From NCBI GenBank assembly GCA_965240325.2, contig OZ251222.1, positions 1,488,001-1,552,000 on the forward strand: a stretch of 64,000 bases of DNA. The letters are read 5' to 3'. Shown here piece after piece: positions 23,634 to 35,828 of this stretch. The translations under genes were made by a program, and so were the position numbers. The notes beneath the pieces were generated by a model. The model saw only the letters and a program-made list of their open reading frames with translations, ran no database searches and was not told where the DNA came from. How positions within the stretch are numbered: position 1 is the stretch's first letter; every line of letters starts with the position of its first letter. This DNA comes from Rebecca billardiae RCC1528. Its lineage: Eukaryota > Protista > Haptophyta.

Positions 23634-26600
23634 ATGGGCTCCTCCGCACTGCGCGCCGGCGTGCGCGTGCGCCAGTGTGACGTGCTGGTACTTGCGGCGG
23701 GCGTGTGCCTCGGCCTGTTGGCGTCGCGGCATGCGCGCGAGACGCCAGCCGACCTCGGCCCCGAGCGCCTCATCCGCCGGCGCGGCGGCGCCTCGCAGCG
23801 CACCGGCGCGGCCGCGGCTGCGGCCGCTCCCGCCGCGCCGCCACCACGCTGCACGGGCAACTATACGGCTCTCGCGATCGACGGGGCGGGGATGGGCGCC
23901 CTCGCGGCCGTCAGTGTGCTTCGCGAGCTCGAGCACGGCGTCGCTCAGGCCTCGGCCCACCCCGTCGCCTCGGTGGGCGACGTGTTTGACGTGATCGTCG
24001 GCTCGTCGGCGGGCGGCGTCGCGGCCGCGCTGCTGGCCTCGGGCCACCGCGCGGCGGACGTCGAGCGGCTGTGGACGCACGGGATGGGGCGCATGTTCAA
24101 CGACTCCCTCCTCCACTGCGCCGCCCCGGACATCGCCCTCCTCGGCAGCGAGGCGTGCGCGCCCGTGCGCGCGACGTGCGGCTCGAGTGAGGCGCTCAAC
24201 AGCAGCGGCGCGGGCTGCGCGGCCGCGCTCGTGCGCTGCGCGGCGGGCGCGCCGCTCTACCGCGCGGAGGGCGTGCGCGAGGTGCTCTCAAGCCTCCTCG
24301 ATGCCGCGCGCGAGGAGCGCGCCGCACCCACCACCACGCGCGAGCTCGCCCGGCGGCTGGGCGACGCGCGCGCGTTTGCCCTGCTGGGCGCGGACGTGAC
24401 GCGCAACGCGCTCGCGCCGCCCGCCGTCGCCTTCTCGAGCATCGCGTGGGCGTCGGGCGTGGTGAACGAGACGGACGCGCAGGAGTACGAGCTGGCCGAC
24501 CTGCTCGCCGGCCTCATGGCCGCGCCGCCGCTCCTCGAGCCCGTGCGGCTGCGCGCGCGCGCGGACGAGAGCAGCTGGCCGCGCGGCCCGGTCGCGCGCG
24601 CGGCCGCGGCGCGCGCGGCCGCGGCGCGGCCCGGCCGCCTCCTGCGCGACGCGTCGGGCTCGGTGCCCAACTCGGCGCCGGTGGCGCTCGAGCTGGCGGC
24701 GGCGATCGCCGCGCGGCGCGAGGGCCGCGCGTGCGAGCTCGCCCCCGCGCAGCTCGCGCTCGTCTCGCTGGGCGGCGGCTACGGCTCGGCGGTCGCCGCG
24801 TGGCCGGACGCCGCCAAGCGCGCGCTCGCGCCCGCCGCGGGCGCGCGGCGCCGCTCGCCAAGCTCGCGCCGGCGGCGGCACGACCCGCCGCCGCCGCCGC
24901 CGCCGCCGCCGGGCGTGCTCGAGTGGCTCGCCGAGTACGCGCCCGCGCGCGACGCCGCGGACGCGTGGGGCACGCTGCGCACGGTGCTCGCGCCGCTCGC
25001 GCGCGCCGAGCCGCTGCTCGCGCGCGCCGCGGCCGAGGGGCTTGCCGAGCTGGGCGCGCGCCAGCTGGCCGAGCGCTACGCGGCGGCGGGCGCGCGCGGC
25101 GCGTACGTGCGCGTCGCGCCGCGCGCGGCGCGCGCGTCGGGCACGCCGCCAGCCTCGCTCACCGACAGCTCGGACGCCGTCGTCGCCGCGCTCGAGAAGC
25201 TCGCGGCGCGCGCGCACGGCTCGGCGCGCAGCGGCGGCGCGCTCGACGCGCTCGTGGCCGCGGCGCTGGCGCCGCGCGCCGCCGCGCTGCCCGCGGCCGT
25301 GGGCGGACCGGCGGTGCTCGCGCAGACGAGCGCGTCGGAGCGCGGCGCACTCGCGCTGTGCACGGGCGCGAGCTCCGCCTGGATGCGCCTCTTCCCCGCC
25401 GCGTACGCGCCGCTCGCCGCGCACGCGAGCGAGGCGCGGTGTGCGCAGCTCGGCGCCGAGCTGAGCGCGCCCACGCCGCCGCCGTCGCCGCCGTCGCCGC
25501 CGCCGTCGCCGCTGCCGCCGCCGCCCTCGCCCGCGCCGCCGCCGCCGCCTTCGGCGCCGCCGCCCTCGCCGCGACCGCCGCCGCCACCCCTCCCGCCGCC
25601 GCCCTCGCCCTCGCCCCCGCCGCCCTCGCCCTCGCCGCCGCCGCCGCCCTCGCCGCCGCCTCCGCCGCCGGCGCCTCTCAACGTGCTGCGCGTGCGCGCG
25701 CTGCACCCGGGCGGCTCGCCCGGCGGCGGCCGCGCGGGCATCATCGACCCGTTCCTCGTTCACTGGGACCCGCCGCACCCGTCGCCGCCGAGCCCGCCGC
25801 CGCCGCCCTCGCCGCCGAGCCCGCCGCCGCCGCCCTCGCCGCCGCCGCCGCCTAAGGTGCCGCTTCCGCCGCCGCCGCGGCCCTCGCCACCGCCGCCACC
25901 CTCCTTCCCGCCGCCCTTCCCGCCCCCCTGGTCCATCCCCTCGTCCATCCGGCTGGTGGACACGGCGCAGCTCGCAGCGGGGCCGCGCCGCACGCCCGCG
26001 GTCACGCTGCGCCCGTTGGGCGGAGCCGCAGGCTCGTCGAGGCCTCTCAGCGGGGGCAGCCCGGCCACCGCGCAGCACGCACACGCGCCCCCGCCGCCGC
26101 CCTCGCCCCCCCGCCGCCACACCTCAGCCCCCTCAGCCTCGTCCGCCCTCGTGCACTTTTCGTACGAGGGCTGCTTCCGCGACGACGTGGCCAACGCGCC
26201 CGACTTTGGCGAGCAGCAGCGCGGCCGGTGCGGTGCCGCGCGCGCATGGGCGCGGCGACGGGGGCGATGGCGCTTGCTATAATGCTTGCCCGCACGCGCC
26301 CGCAGACCGCACGAGCCATGCTCCGCTCAACTGCCAACCCGCCGCCCCACCACTCACCCCCCTTCTTCTGCCGTGGCCGCGGTGCGCTGCGCCACAGGCA
26401 CACGGTCGAGTCGTGCGCGCACGCGTGCGAGGGTGCGGCCTACATTGCCCTGCAGGCGGCGGAGCACTCGCGCGCGCTCGGCGGCTTGTGCTCGTGCGGC
26501 CCTCCAACCGGCAAGCCGCCGCACCTGCGCGGCACCTCTGGCCCATACGGCCGCGTGAGTGACATGGAGTGTGCGTGGCCGTGCAGACCCCTCGACCCGA

Positions 26601-27157
26601 AGCCCGACCGCCGGCCGTGCGGTGGCGAGCGTCGGAACGCCGTCTACTGCACACTCGGCAGCGGCCGATGCCACGGCGTGCAGCTGCTCGTGGGGGAGGC
26701 CGGAGGTGCGGCACAAGGCGACGCCCAGCACGTGGCACGCGGGCACGGCACGCGCGCTGCATCGATGGGCGCGCTAAGCGCGCTGGGCGCGCTGGGCGCC
26801 GGGCTCGCCGCGCTGCTGCTCGCCGCGTGGCGCTCGCGGTTGCAGCGTGTGGCCAGCGTCTTCGCACCCACCGGCGCACCCGCTGCGCGCGGCGCGGCGG
26901 CGCCGATGGCCGGCGCCTCCGTAACGGCGCTTCCTAGGCGGGCATCTGCGCCATCAGTCACATCTGGCACGCCGCCACGAGCACGTGCGCTCCCGGCGAC
27001 GGCGGTGGGCGGTGGCGAGCAGGCCGATCGGCTGCTGTCTGCAGCATCGTGCACGCTGGTAACGGCGTCTCTCGGCCACCAAGCAGACACGCATCTGCAG
27101 CACCCGACTGGTGACGATTACGAGCGCCGTGGTCGCGTGCCTCGGATGATGCTCTGA
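23634..27157 (+). CDS. Patatin-like phospholipase domain, Pro-rich stalk, WSC domain and C-terminal TM. Intron 26228-26397
   Basis: LAIDGAGMG (DGGG-like), FDVIVGSSAGG (GxSxG) and LRDASG. The WSC domain reads YEGCFRD...TVESCAHAC...CSCG...C...C...CGG...NAVY. Hydrophobic segments lie at the N-terminus and at ALGALGAGLAALLLAAW. Confidence 0.8.
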
Positions 27158-27924
27158 GCTGCCTCGAGTCGGACCCGGCGTGAGCTGTGAGCTGTACAGT
27201 AGTGCTGCGAAATCGTCCTGGCTAGCAGTGCTATCGGCTGCGCTGGAAGAGAGCACGCCCCACAAGGGCGTGGCAGGCCCTCGAATTGAGCCGGCAGAAC
27301 CAACACTAAACGGCACTCCGAGGTGTGGAGGACAGACTATGTGATAATCACCTGGCTGGCCCAAGCCCACCACGACGCGCGGAGGAAAGCTGCCAAGCTC
27401 CTCGGTCACTCCTGGGGCTGCTGGCAGTAAGGAGTGCTGATGAGTGCTGCCGGTCGGAAGCACCAGTCGGCGGATGATGCGCTCGGCGACCAGCAGCTAC
27501 GGTGCGCCCGGGACACAAGCACAAGCGCGTGCCTGAAAGCCATCGGCGTGTACGGGAGGAAGGCGACGGTCAAGGAGGAAACAGGCGCAAGCGTTGGCAT
27601 GCGTGAGAGTGATGCGCGCGCATGGCGACTGACTGTGCACCGGGCGCAAGCGGGCACACCAGCCGGCGGCGCGGCACTGCATCGATGTGATGCTCGGGAT
27701 GGGACCGCCTGCGGTCAGCGCCGACGGCGGCACACTGCTTTGGCAGCTTGCACCAGCGAACCTCCATCGCGCTGACCGAGGAGCTCCAGTCGTCATTGTG
27801 GAGCAGGTGTGTTGCTGTGGCGGGCATGTCGTTACGGGATCTGCTGACCATGCAGTGGGATCACCCCACCGGCGTCGCCGTGCACGGTCAGCCGACGACG
27901 TCAGGGGCCAGCCCCGAGCCAAGA

Positions 27925-28975
27925 GAGGCCACTCGAGCGACTTCGTGTCAGGCGAGGCAGATCGCGCCAGTGCGAGGCGAGGCAGACGCTCGCCTGCCTC
28001 GCCCAGCAGGCGAGGCAGCTAAGCTAGTAAAGCCGCGGCCGAACTTTACGAAAGCCAAATGTCTGCCGGTGCGCCGCCGGTCTTCGCGCACGGTGACAAG
28101 GGCGCGGGCGCTTCCTCACGATCCCGAAGAGCGCTGCGCGCGGCGTCGCGTTGGCGGCGGCAGCGGCGCTTGGTTGTATCTTGCCCATTCTGCGTGGCGG
28201 CGCGCGCTGATGACGCCTCGGCCGCCGCCACGCCATGCGCGACCAGGCGTGTCGCCTTCTTGACGGGCAGTGCACACGCCCTTGCAAGCGCACAGCCGTG
28301 AAGAGCCGAGAGCGTCCGTCGCGAGCACGCCGCCCAGGCGGGATGCGTTGTGTGATATCAACGAAGCTACCTTGCGCATGCGCTCCGCCGAGTTCGCCAT
28401 GCGTTCAGTGCAGTCAAGATCGCTGAACGAGAGGTTGTCATCGGCTGAAATGCAGGTGAGCATTGCTCATCGTAGCTGCTACCCATGGTCATCGTGGCTT
28501 GCACATGCCAGAGCGTGAACACCCAGTGTCATACGAATAGTCCTGACAACGCATCCCGCGTGGGCGGCGTGCTCGCGACGGACGCTCTCGGCTCTTCACG
28601 GCTGTGCGGTTGCAAGGGCGTGTGCACTGCCCGTCAAGAAGGCGACACGCCTGGTCGCGCATGGCGTGGCGGCGGCCGAGGCGTCATGAGAGCGCGCCGC
28701 CACGCAGAATGGGCAAGATACACCCAAGCGCCGCTGCCGCCGCCAACGCGACGCCGCGCGCAGCGCTCCTCGGGATCGTGAGGAAGCGCCCTCGCGCGCC
28801 CTTGTCACCGTGCGCGAAGACCGGCGGCGCCTCGGCAGACATTTGGCTTTCGTAAAGTTCGGCCGCGGCTTTACTAGCTTAGCTGCCTCGCCTCGAGGCG
28901 AGGCAGGCGAGCGTCTGCCTCGCCTCGCACTGGCGCGATCTGCCTCGCCTGACACGAAGTCGCTCGAGCGGCCTC
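27925..28975. mobile_element. Foldback/MITE-like non-autonomous element with ~430-bp TIRs and a 5-bp TSD (CAAGA)
   Basis: 27925-28351 is the reverse complement of ~28546-28975. CAAGA flanks both ends (27920-27924, 28976-28980). Confidence 0.9.
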
Positions 28976-30045
28976 CAAGAGGGATGAAGCGCTCATTGTC
29001 TTCACACCCGTGAGGCCCCAGCCGTCGGACTACTTTGCTCTCCGAGAGAATGAAGGGCTGGAGCGTACGCCAGCCACTCCCGTCGTATCAGCGCACACCG
29101 CCCTGCGCCGTCGCGGCGACGGCCTGCGGTATCCTGTCACTGGGTCCCACTGCAGCTCGAGCGCGCTCACGGCAGAGCCGTCGCCCTCCTACGGCTGCAT
29201 GCGCGCGGCTGAACGTGCCCCCGAAGCCGCCGATCGCATCAACAGTCAGTGGCAAGGGAGGCTGAACCACCGGAATCGGCGGGTTGGAACTGCGGAGTAG
29301 TTCTTCGGAGACGCCCGCCACGAGCAAGGTGGGCACAAAGTAGGATTTGGCCGAGGTCGACTCGCATGCTCGCCCAGCCGCCGGGCAGCGACTCTGGCAG
29401 CGGCTGCACGTCCAGGTGGATACGGGTGAACTGGAAAGTGGCCGACCCAACTCACGCGGAGGCCTCTCTGGGAGCATTGGGGTCGAAGGGGCGCCAGGGA
29501 CGGACTTCAGGGGGTCCCTGGAGTTCCGCCGCAGCGCGCTTTCTGCGCTGCGGGCCCGTCTCCGCGCGTGGCGGCCGCAACGGCACTGTTCAATTACCTA
29601 GCGCTGGCTGGGGCATGGGAATCGAGCTCAGAGACGCGCGCACGGAGGAAGAGCGTGTGCAGCGGCTCGGACGGTTGCCCTGGGACCTACCCTGGCCAGC
29701 GCAACCGCGCCTTGCCTCGGAGTCCGCCCTTCCTGAGCCCACGCACGCGTCTTGCGGCTTGAAACGCTGGCGTTCAGCCTTGTGCGCGGAACTCACGAAA
29801 CAAGGCGAAGGCGGCGAGAAGCGCGACCTGGCGCGTGCGCAGACGACGTCTCACGACCAGGTGAGTTCAGCGAACATCGTGCGCCGTCGTGGCGACCCGC
29901 CAGTGGGCGCTCGTGCTCGTTCGCCCACGAGCCCTCGCCACGAGGCCCGCCGCCCGCTGAGTGCCCAGATAGCCCCGGTGCCCAATTAGCCCGTATCCGC
30001 CTGTACAGATTCGATTCTGCAGAAGCGCGTCGAGTCGCCCGTGTG

Positions 30046-30134
30046 TGGTAAGATGGCGAAGCGTTTCACCGCTGCGCCACCAGAGTCGACTCTGGTGGCG
30101 CGGCGCAGCGGTAAAACGCTTCGTCATCTTACCA
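30046..30134. mobile_element. 89-bp near-palindromic mini-element with TG...CA ends and a 5-bp TSD (GTGTG)
   Basis: TGGTAAGATG...GAGTCGACTC...CATCTTACCA, flanked by GTGTG at 30041-30045 and 30135-30139. Confidence 0.75.
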
Positions 30135-31596
30135 GTGTGTGCTGCCTGAGCACGAGTACCAGATCCGTCGACCTGGGAGTAGCACCACTCCACCGCAAGG
30201 GCGGTGGCGGGCGAGCCAGTACCACGTGGGCGGGAAGGCGTGCACTTTGCCACTCGCGGTGCTGGACGCATCCACAGTGACGTTGGTTGAGCCCTGTGAG
30301 GAAAGCGGCTGAGATCGCGTCGTCGTAGTATGGGCCCGTGCGCCCGCCCTCATTCCAGCACATCTGGAACTTCAAATGGACCGCGCCACAATGTTTGAGC
30401 CCAACGAATACGGACTGGCCTACATACACGTGCTCGTGGCGGTCGTCGGGGCTGGTGCAAAATTCGCAGCGAGCGTGGTGTGCACCGCGTCCTTGCCGAA
30501 GGCGGGCCCGGCTTTGCGTGGCTACTGATGCCAATGATGGTTGATTGATGCGGCACCGGCCCACTCAGCAGCCAGGACGATGAACGAGCTGCCCCGCGCG
30601 CCGCTCATCTGCGCGGTGGTCCAGCGACCCGCGTGTAGGAGCGTGCCGTCCGCAAAAGCCCAGGCAGAGAGAGCGCGGCGGCGCGTCACGAGCACAGCGT
30701 CTTCGGCAAGCCGGACGACAGCCCTCGGCTCTCTGGCCGGGCATGGCAGGCTGGGTGCCACACGCTGAACCTGACCATGTTGTTTGCCCCAGTTTCAAGT
30801 TGGTGTCTTCCGCGACGCCTTGCAGCTCGCTCCAAGCCGCGCCATCGAAGCACCACACCGAGCCGCGGTGGTTGCTCAGCATCGACTGGGGCTTCGTGCT
30901 CCGCTCGCACGAAACCTGCATGAACGCTGTGTCAGTCTGGCTGCTGCCCGGGTAATCGCCCAGCAACGTCCACGGGGCGTTGCTGGCACCCGTGGCGCTG
31001 CCGAGAGTTGAGCAGTAGGGCGTTGCGTACTGGTAAGATGACGACTCTGGTGGCGCAGCGGTGAAACGCTTCGTCATCTTCCACCGTGATTCCGCTGAGG
31101 GCGACAGACCGACTCTAAGCGTCGCCGCGTCGACCGCCGCAATGATAGTTACGAGTGTGGCTATCTATCTCAGCGCCCTCTGCGACAGCGTCGCCAGCTT
31201 CGACGACGGCGCGTCCGCCGCGTCCATCGCAGCTTCAGCTTCGGCAGAGTCTGCGAGTTCATCGCCGTGAAGGCGTCCCCCGTGCTGTCGACGGCGCCGC
31301 CGCTACGCGCCTCCGAAGCGTTGAGGTCCACCGCCTGATCCGCCTTCTTTGCAGGGCGAGCCAGCAGGCAGAGCGCAGTGAAGCGACCGAATATGATGGT
31401 TTTGATCATCGTTTGCAGTGGCCCCGCCGACGGTGTAGTAGCCGCTACCAACAGTGAATTGCATGACCTCGCCGTTTCCGAAGCTGAGGGCGAGGGTACT
31501 TGCCTTGAAACCAGTGCCGTTGATGTCGGCGGCGCACCCCTCCCACGCACTGATCGCGTTGGGCGGTGCGTCGCCGCGGACGTACGCCTGGAACAT
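30124..31596 (-). pseudogene. Fragmented coding-like remnant (Cys/Trp-containing segments) interrupted by stops and a mini-element
   Basis: Protein-like pieces include YATPYCSTLG...SVWCFDGAAWSEL and AWEGCAADINGTGF...FTVGSGYY. No continuous frame and no family recognised. Confidence 0.25.
31031..31083. mobile_element. Internally deleted second copy of the TGGTAAGATG palindromic mini-element
   Basis: TGGTAAGATGACGACTCTGGTGGCGCAGCGGTGAAACGCTTCGTCATCTTCCA. No clear TSD. Confidence 0.7.
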
Positions 31597-31738
31597 GCCG
31601 CCGACGCAAGGTCGAGGTCGTTCGTAGACTTGGTCCCGCAGTTTGAAGCTTCTGAACTAATCCGTCAGCCTGGCCAGAGCTCCGCCCTGCCAACGATCAC
31701 TGCCGTCCACTGTGTGGACTAGATTATGATGGCGCACG

Positions 31739-31795
<57 letters not shown>

Positions 31796-31842
31796 AAAGG
31801 TCTGAGCGTGAGCGAAAGCCGGGGGGGGGGGGGGGGGGGGGG
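31739..31842. mobile_element. C56-spacer-G22 mini-element flanked by a 9-bp direct repeat (T/C)GGCGCACG
   Basis: Poly-C 31739-31794 and poly-G 31821-31842. Flanks at 31730-31738 and 31843-31851. Confidence 0.55.
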
Positions 31843-32604
31843 CGGCGCACGTGCTCCGCAAAATCAAAAAGAGGATGCGCGCAGGATTTTGGGGATTTTT
31901 GTAGCAGATGTGACCGGACCCCTAGTGGACGCATTTCGCTGCCAATGATTGCGTTTGTAGTAGATGCTAATTTTAACGATAGTAACACTTAGGGGAATGC
32001 AGGGTGGAATAGCACATAACACCAGCCGTGTGTTCGAACATTCCGTCATAGTAAGATGCTTGAATTGTAAGAGCCTGAAACAGCTCGCCAACCATAGAAA
32101 AGAGAGATTCGGTCGGCTTTTATGTCGCTTGAAGTAAAGTATTGCCGGCATCTGAAGTCATGAACCGTCGCTTCTCAGTGGCGGATATCATCAGGTTATG
32201 GCGCGATGTTCTAGGGCACGCGATCCGCATCGTTTCGCACGAACCCTCGCGGGCGACGAGATATATCATTGACGCGGGTAGCCCTTTAAGGCGTTCCCGT
32301 TCCCGCGCGCGATTCATAACCGTACCTTTTCTGATTACTATAATTATCTCCCGTCGATTAATATACTGCTCATCGCTACAAAAGGCGCTGCCACTGCCTT
32401 GGCCACTGGCCACTGGCAAACTCGACGCGGGCTCGCGAACAGGCGGGCACTGCACGCGATCGTTCAATCCGACAAGACTCAGCGCCGGTGCGCGCAGATC
32501 TGCGGCGGGTCCCAACGGCCGTCGGCATCGCATTCGTGCCTCGTTCACCCCGCGCGCCCCGCCCTGCCATGCCTCTTCGGCCCAGTGCGTTTTCCAACCG
32601 AGCA

Positions 32605-33242
32605 CGTCGTCACTCGGTCGCACGAACGCGGCCGTTGTCGACCGGCTCGTAGCTGACCATTCGCGCGCCCGCGCGCGCCACGCCGCACGCCGCGCAGCTG
32701 AGGCTCTCGGCATGTTCAGAAGTCGCTCGCCCAACCCTCACCGCTCACGCTCGCGCCGTCCATGACCATGGCCGAGCTGTGATGGCTGACCGCTGAGCCG
32801 CGTGCGGCGTGCTGACGGCTGCGCATGGCGGCGCGGCAAGCATTTGGCGCGCGAGCCGCGCGCTGACCGTGAGGAGGGGCTCTGGCGCTCACTCGACGGA
32901 TGCCTGACCGTGCCTGACACGAGAGCCGTCGTCACTCGGTCGCACGAACGCGGCCGTTGTCGACCGGCTCGTAGCTGACCATTCGCGCGCCCGCGCGCGC
33001 CACGCCGCACGCCGCGCAGCTGAGGCTCTCGGCATGTTCAGAAGTCGCTCGCCCAACCCTCACCGCTCACGCTCGCGCCGTCCATGACCATGGCCGAGCT
33101 GTGATGGCTGAGCCGCGTGCGGCGTGCTGACGGCTGCGCATGGCGGCGCGGCAAGCATTTGGCGCGCGAGCCGCGCGCTGACCGTGAGGAGGGGCTCTGG
33201 CGCTCACTCGACGGATGCCTGACCGTGCCTGACACGAGAGCC
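32605..33242. repeat. Near-perfect tandem duplication, ~320-bp unit
   Basis: CGTCGTCACTCGGTCGCACG...GACACGAGAGC occurs at 32605 and 32927, differing by a small indel. Confidence 0.92.
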
Positions 33243-33958
33243 ACAGGCTTAGATCTGCGAGCGGCGAGCCCGCGATGATGGCGAGTTGGCATATGCTACG
33301 GGCGACGCCGTGCTCCCCTCTCGCCCGTGCTCGCAGTAGTCCTCGCGCTCCGGGCCGTCGGCCGACAGCACCCGCGGCGGCACCGACGCGCACAGCCATG
33401 CAGCGGCCCTCGCACCGAGTGCATCGACGCGGCGGCGAGCCTGACAGACAAAGGCGTGCAAGGAGCGGCTACTGCGGCTGCGGGAGGTCGTAGATAGACA
33501 GGCTCGAGCCGCGGCTGCTCGCGACGCTCTTCCCCGCAGCGAGCTCGTCCGACGCTGCGCCGATCCCGCCGAGCGCGCGAGGCTGTGCGAGGCTGAGACG
33601 GGCGAGCTGCCGAGCGCGATCTCCGCGCTGCGCGCGGCCACAGACAACAGGGCTGCCCGATGCGCACCGGGCGGAGGCGCTGCGGCTGCTGCGCGTCGAG
33701 TTCGACAGGCGGCGCAGCCCCCCGAGGCCCGGGCCGTCGACCGCGTCGATTACTCGCGCCCGCGCCTCCTGCACGGCGACGCGCCGGGCGCGCGCATCGT
33801 CATTCGGTGAAGAACGCGACGACTATTGCATACCAGTAGGGCCGTGCGCCCTCAACTTCGTTGTTTACTACCAGAAGATCGGCGTAGCCGATCATATGAT
33901 ATGTATATCGCCTGCCCGTTGCATACCACGTCGTTAATATGTACATATATGAGCCGAC

Positions 33959-34242
33959 GTCAGTTGTATTGCCGCTTTGGATAGTGTGGTCAGTTGTATT
34001 GCCAAAAGCACGTTATGACTACCGTGGTCAGTTGTATTGCCGTTTTCAGTAGATGGGTCAAGAATATTGCCGCTTTTGGATAGTGTGTCAACAATATTGC
34101 CCCTCAAATACTGGTTTCAAACCAATGACCCTTTCACACTACTTGGTTCACGAATATTGCCGTTTTCGAGCTTGAACATATGATGGGGATAGTCTGCTCA
34201 GAAATATTGCTCTTTCCGGAACTATGTGTCAGTTGTATTGCG
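33959..34242. repeat. Array of 8 copies of the bipartite motif GTCA-N4-TATTGCC
   Basis: Copies at 33959, 33989, 34027, 34057, 34087, 34147, 34197 and 34228. Confidence 0.85.
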
Positions 34243-35740
34243 ACGACGGGCGTACACAGGGCTCGCGGCGGCGGGAAGGGCGCGGGCGCGACCGAGAAAA
34301 GGCACGGCCCAGACGCCTCTAGCCAGCCGCGGACACGCACCGCGCCTCCTCCTTGCACGCTGCTAACTTCATCCGGTGCCCAGGGTGGTTTTGCTGCCGG
34401 CCGGCTAGAGTTCCACAGCTGGTCACGGTTCGGCTTGCGACCTCGCCGCTGGTGCTTGCAAGAAGGTACGCGAAATGGGTGAACACCCGCGCACCGCTCT
34501 GCGCTCGTCGACGCCCTCTGGAGGTGACTCGGGATGCATGCGGGGCGGTCGCATGCAGTGGTTGGCATTGACGACTGACTAGTTGTCCAGCGCGCAGGCC
34601 ACGTAGCGCGGATGTGGTGCGCGCATGGCCCGGTAATGCGGTCGCGGCATGTGTGCGTGGTCTGCCCAAGGCCTGCCGCACCGCGAAACGAGCGCTCAGG
34701 AGCGTGTGCCGAGCGTGCCAGTCACGCCGAGATGGTTGTCGCGGCAAAGAAGAAATCGGGAGCCTCTCCCTCCGCCACACACCCGGTGCCCCCCCGGCAA
34801 GCTGGTCCGGGCGGCCGGCGCTCACCTGCCCCTGCCCCTTGGCTCCTTGAGTCCCTGACCAAAACCCTGACGGCCTTGCCAACGATGGCGCCCGGCGGCG
34901 CCCGGGCTCAACAAACCTTGAGACCATGCGCGGGGTGCGACCTCAAGGCGCGTTTGGCATTGCTCATACGATCGATGCTAAACGCAGCGGCATCGCGTGC
35001 ATCGCGTGCATCGACACGAGCATACATGCGTGTATCGGCAGGCCGGCAGGGGACGCGCCTGAGCAATGCGCCACGTAGCGGTCTCCGCGCAGCACCTCAG
35101 ATCGGCCGCGAGTCGTCACTCGTCGTTGGTGCTGCTCACGTTGCTGACTCACGGTGCCGATGAACCCCAGAGGCAGGTCTCCCAGACAACCGGCAGCTGA
35201 GTCGTAGGCGGGCGGTGCCTCTCCATACAGCTGGCTTGCATCGCCATCGCCATCGGTGGCGGCGGCGGCGCATCGTTGGCGCGTCGCCACATCAGCATCG
35301 CCGCCACGAGGGGGCCGTCTCCTCGGCCCGGATGAGTGACGGAAGCTAGCAGTCGTAAGCGCGCCATATATCCGCGGAGTCGTAGTCGTGCACGGTGTAG
35401 CAGCCGAGTGGGCGCCCGTGCGGAGCCGCGCGGGGTAACTATAGCGCTACTAACTGCGAGTGGCGACTCCGCTGCGGCTGCGTCTACTGTAAGAGGCTGA
35501 GCTGATGGACCGTCCCAGCAGCAGACTGTCACTCACTGTCAGACAGTGTCAAGCCGCAGCATCCGATCATGCATCAGACTGCCGCGGGCCGCCCTTAACT
35601 GATATTTACTGATGCTGACTACTACAGCGCGCAGTTCTCGGATGACGCCCTCCGGCGCCCCGCGTCCGCCGTCGCGGCCAGCTAATTAAACGACTGATAT
35701 ATCGATATCTGAATATAGCAGTCGTCGTCGTATATAGCAT

Positions 35741-35782
35741 ATCAGGAGACCCGCGTCGTCCTACCTGTGTCGTTAAATCATA
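35741..35782 (+). repeat. Dispersed repeat motif (…CCTACCTGTGTCGTTAAATCATA). Other copies at 36163-36183 (+), 47033-47057 (+) and 53921-53971 (-)
   Basis: All four share the core GTGTCGTTAAATCATA. The 35741 and 53971 copies also share ATCAGGAGACC, and the 47033 and 53921 copies also share GAATGAGTC. Confidence 0.8.
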
Positions 35783-35790
35783 TATAGTCG

Positions 35791-35828
<38 letters not shown>

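Noticed and set aside
33959-34242. CRISPR-like repeat/spacer array
   Set aside because: The repeats are only 15 bp and degenerate, the spacers are irregular and partly similar to each other, there are no cas genes, and the context is eukaryotic.
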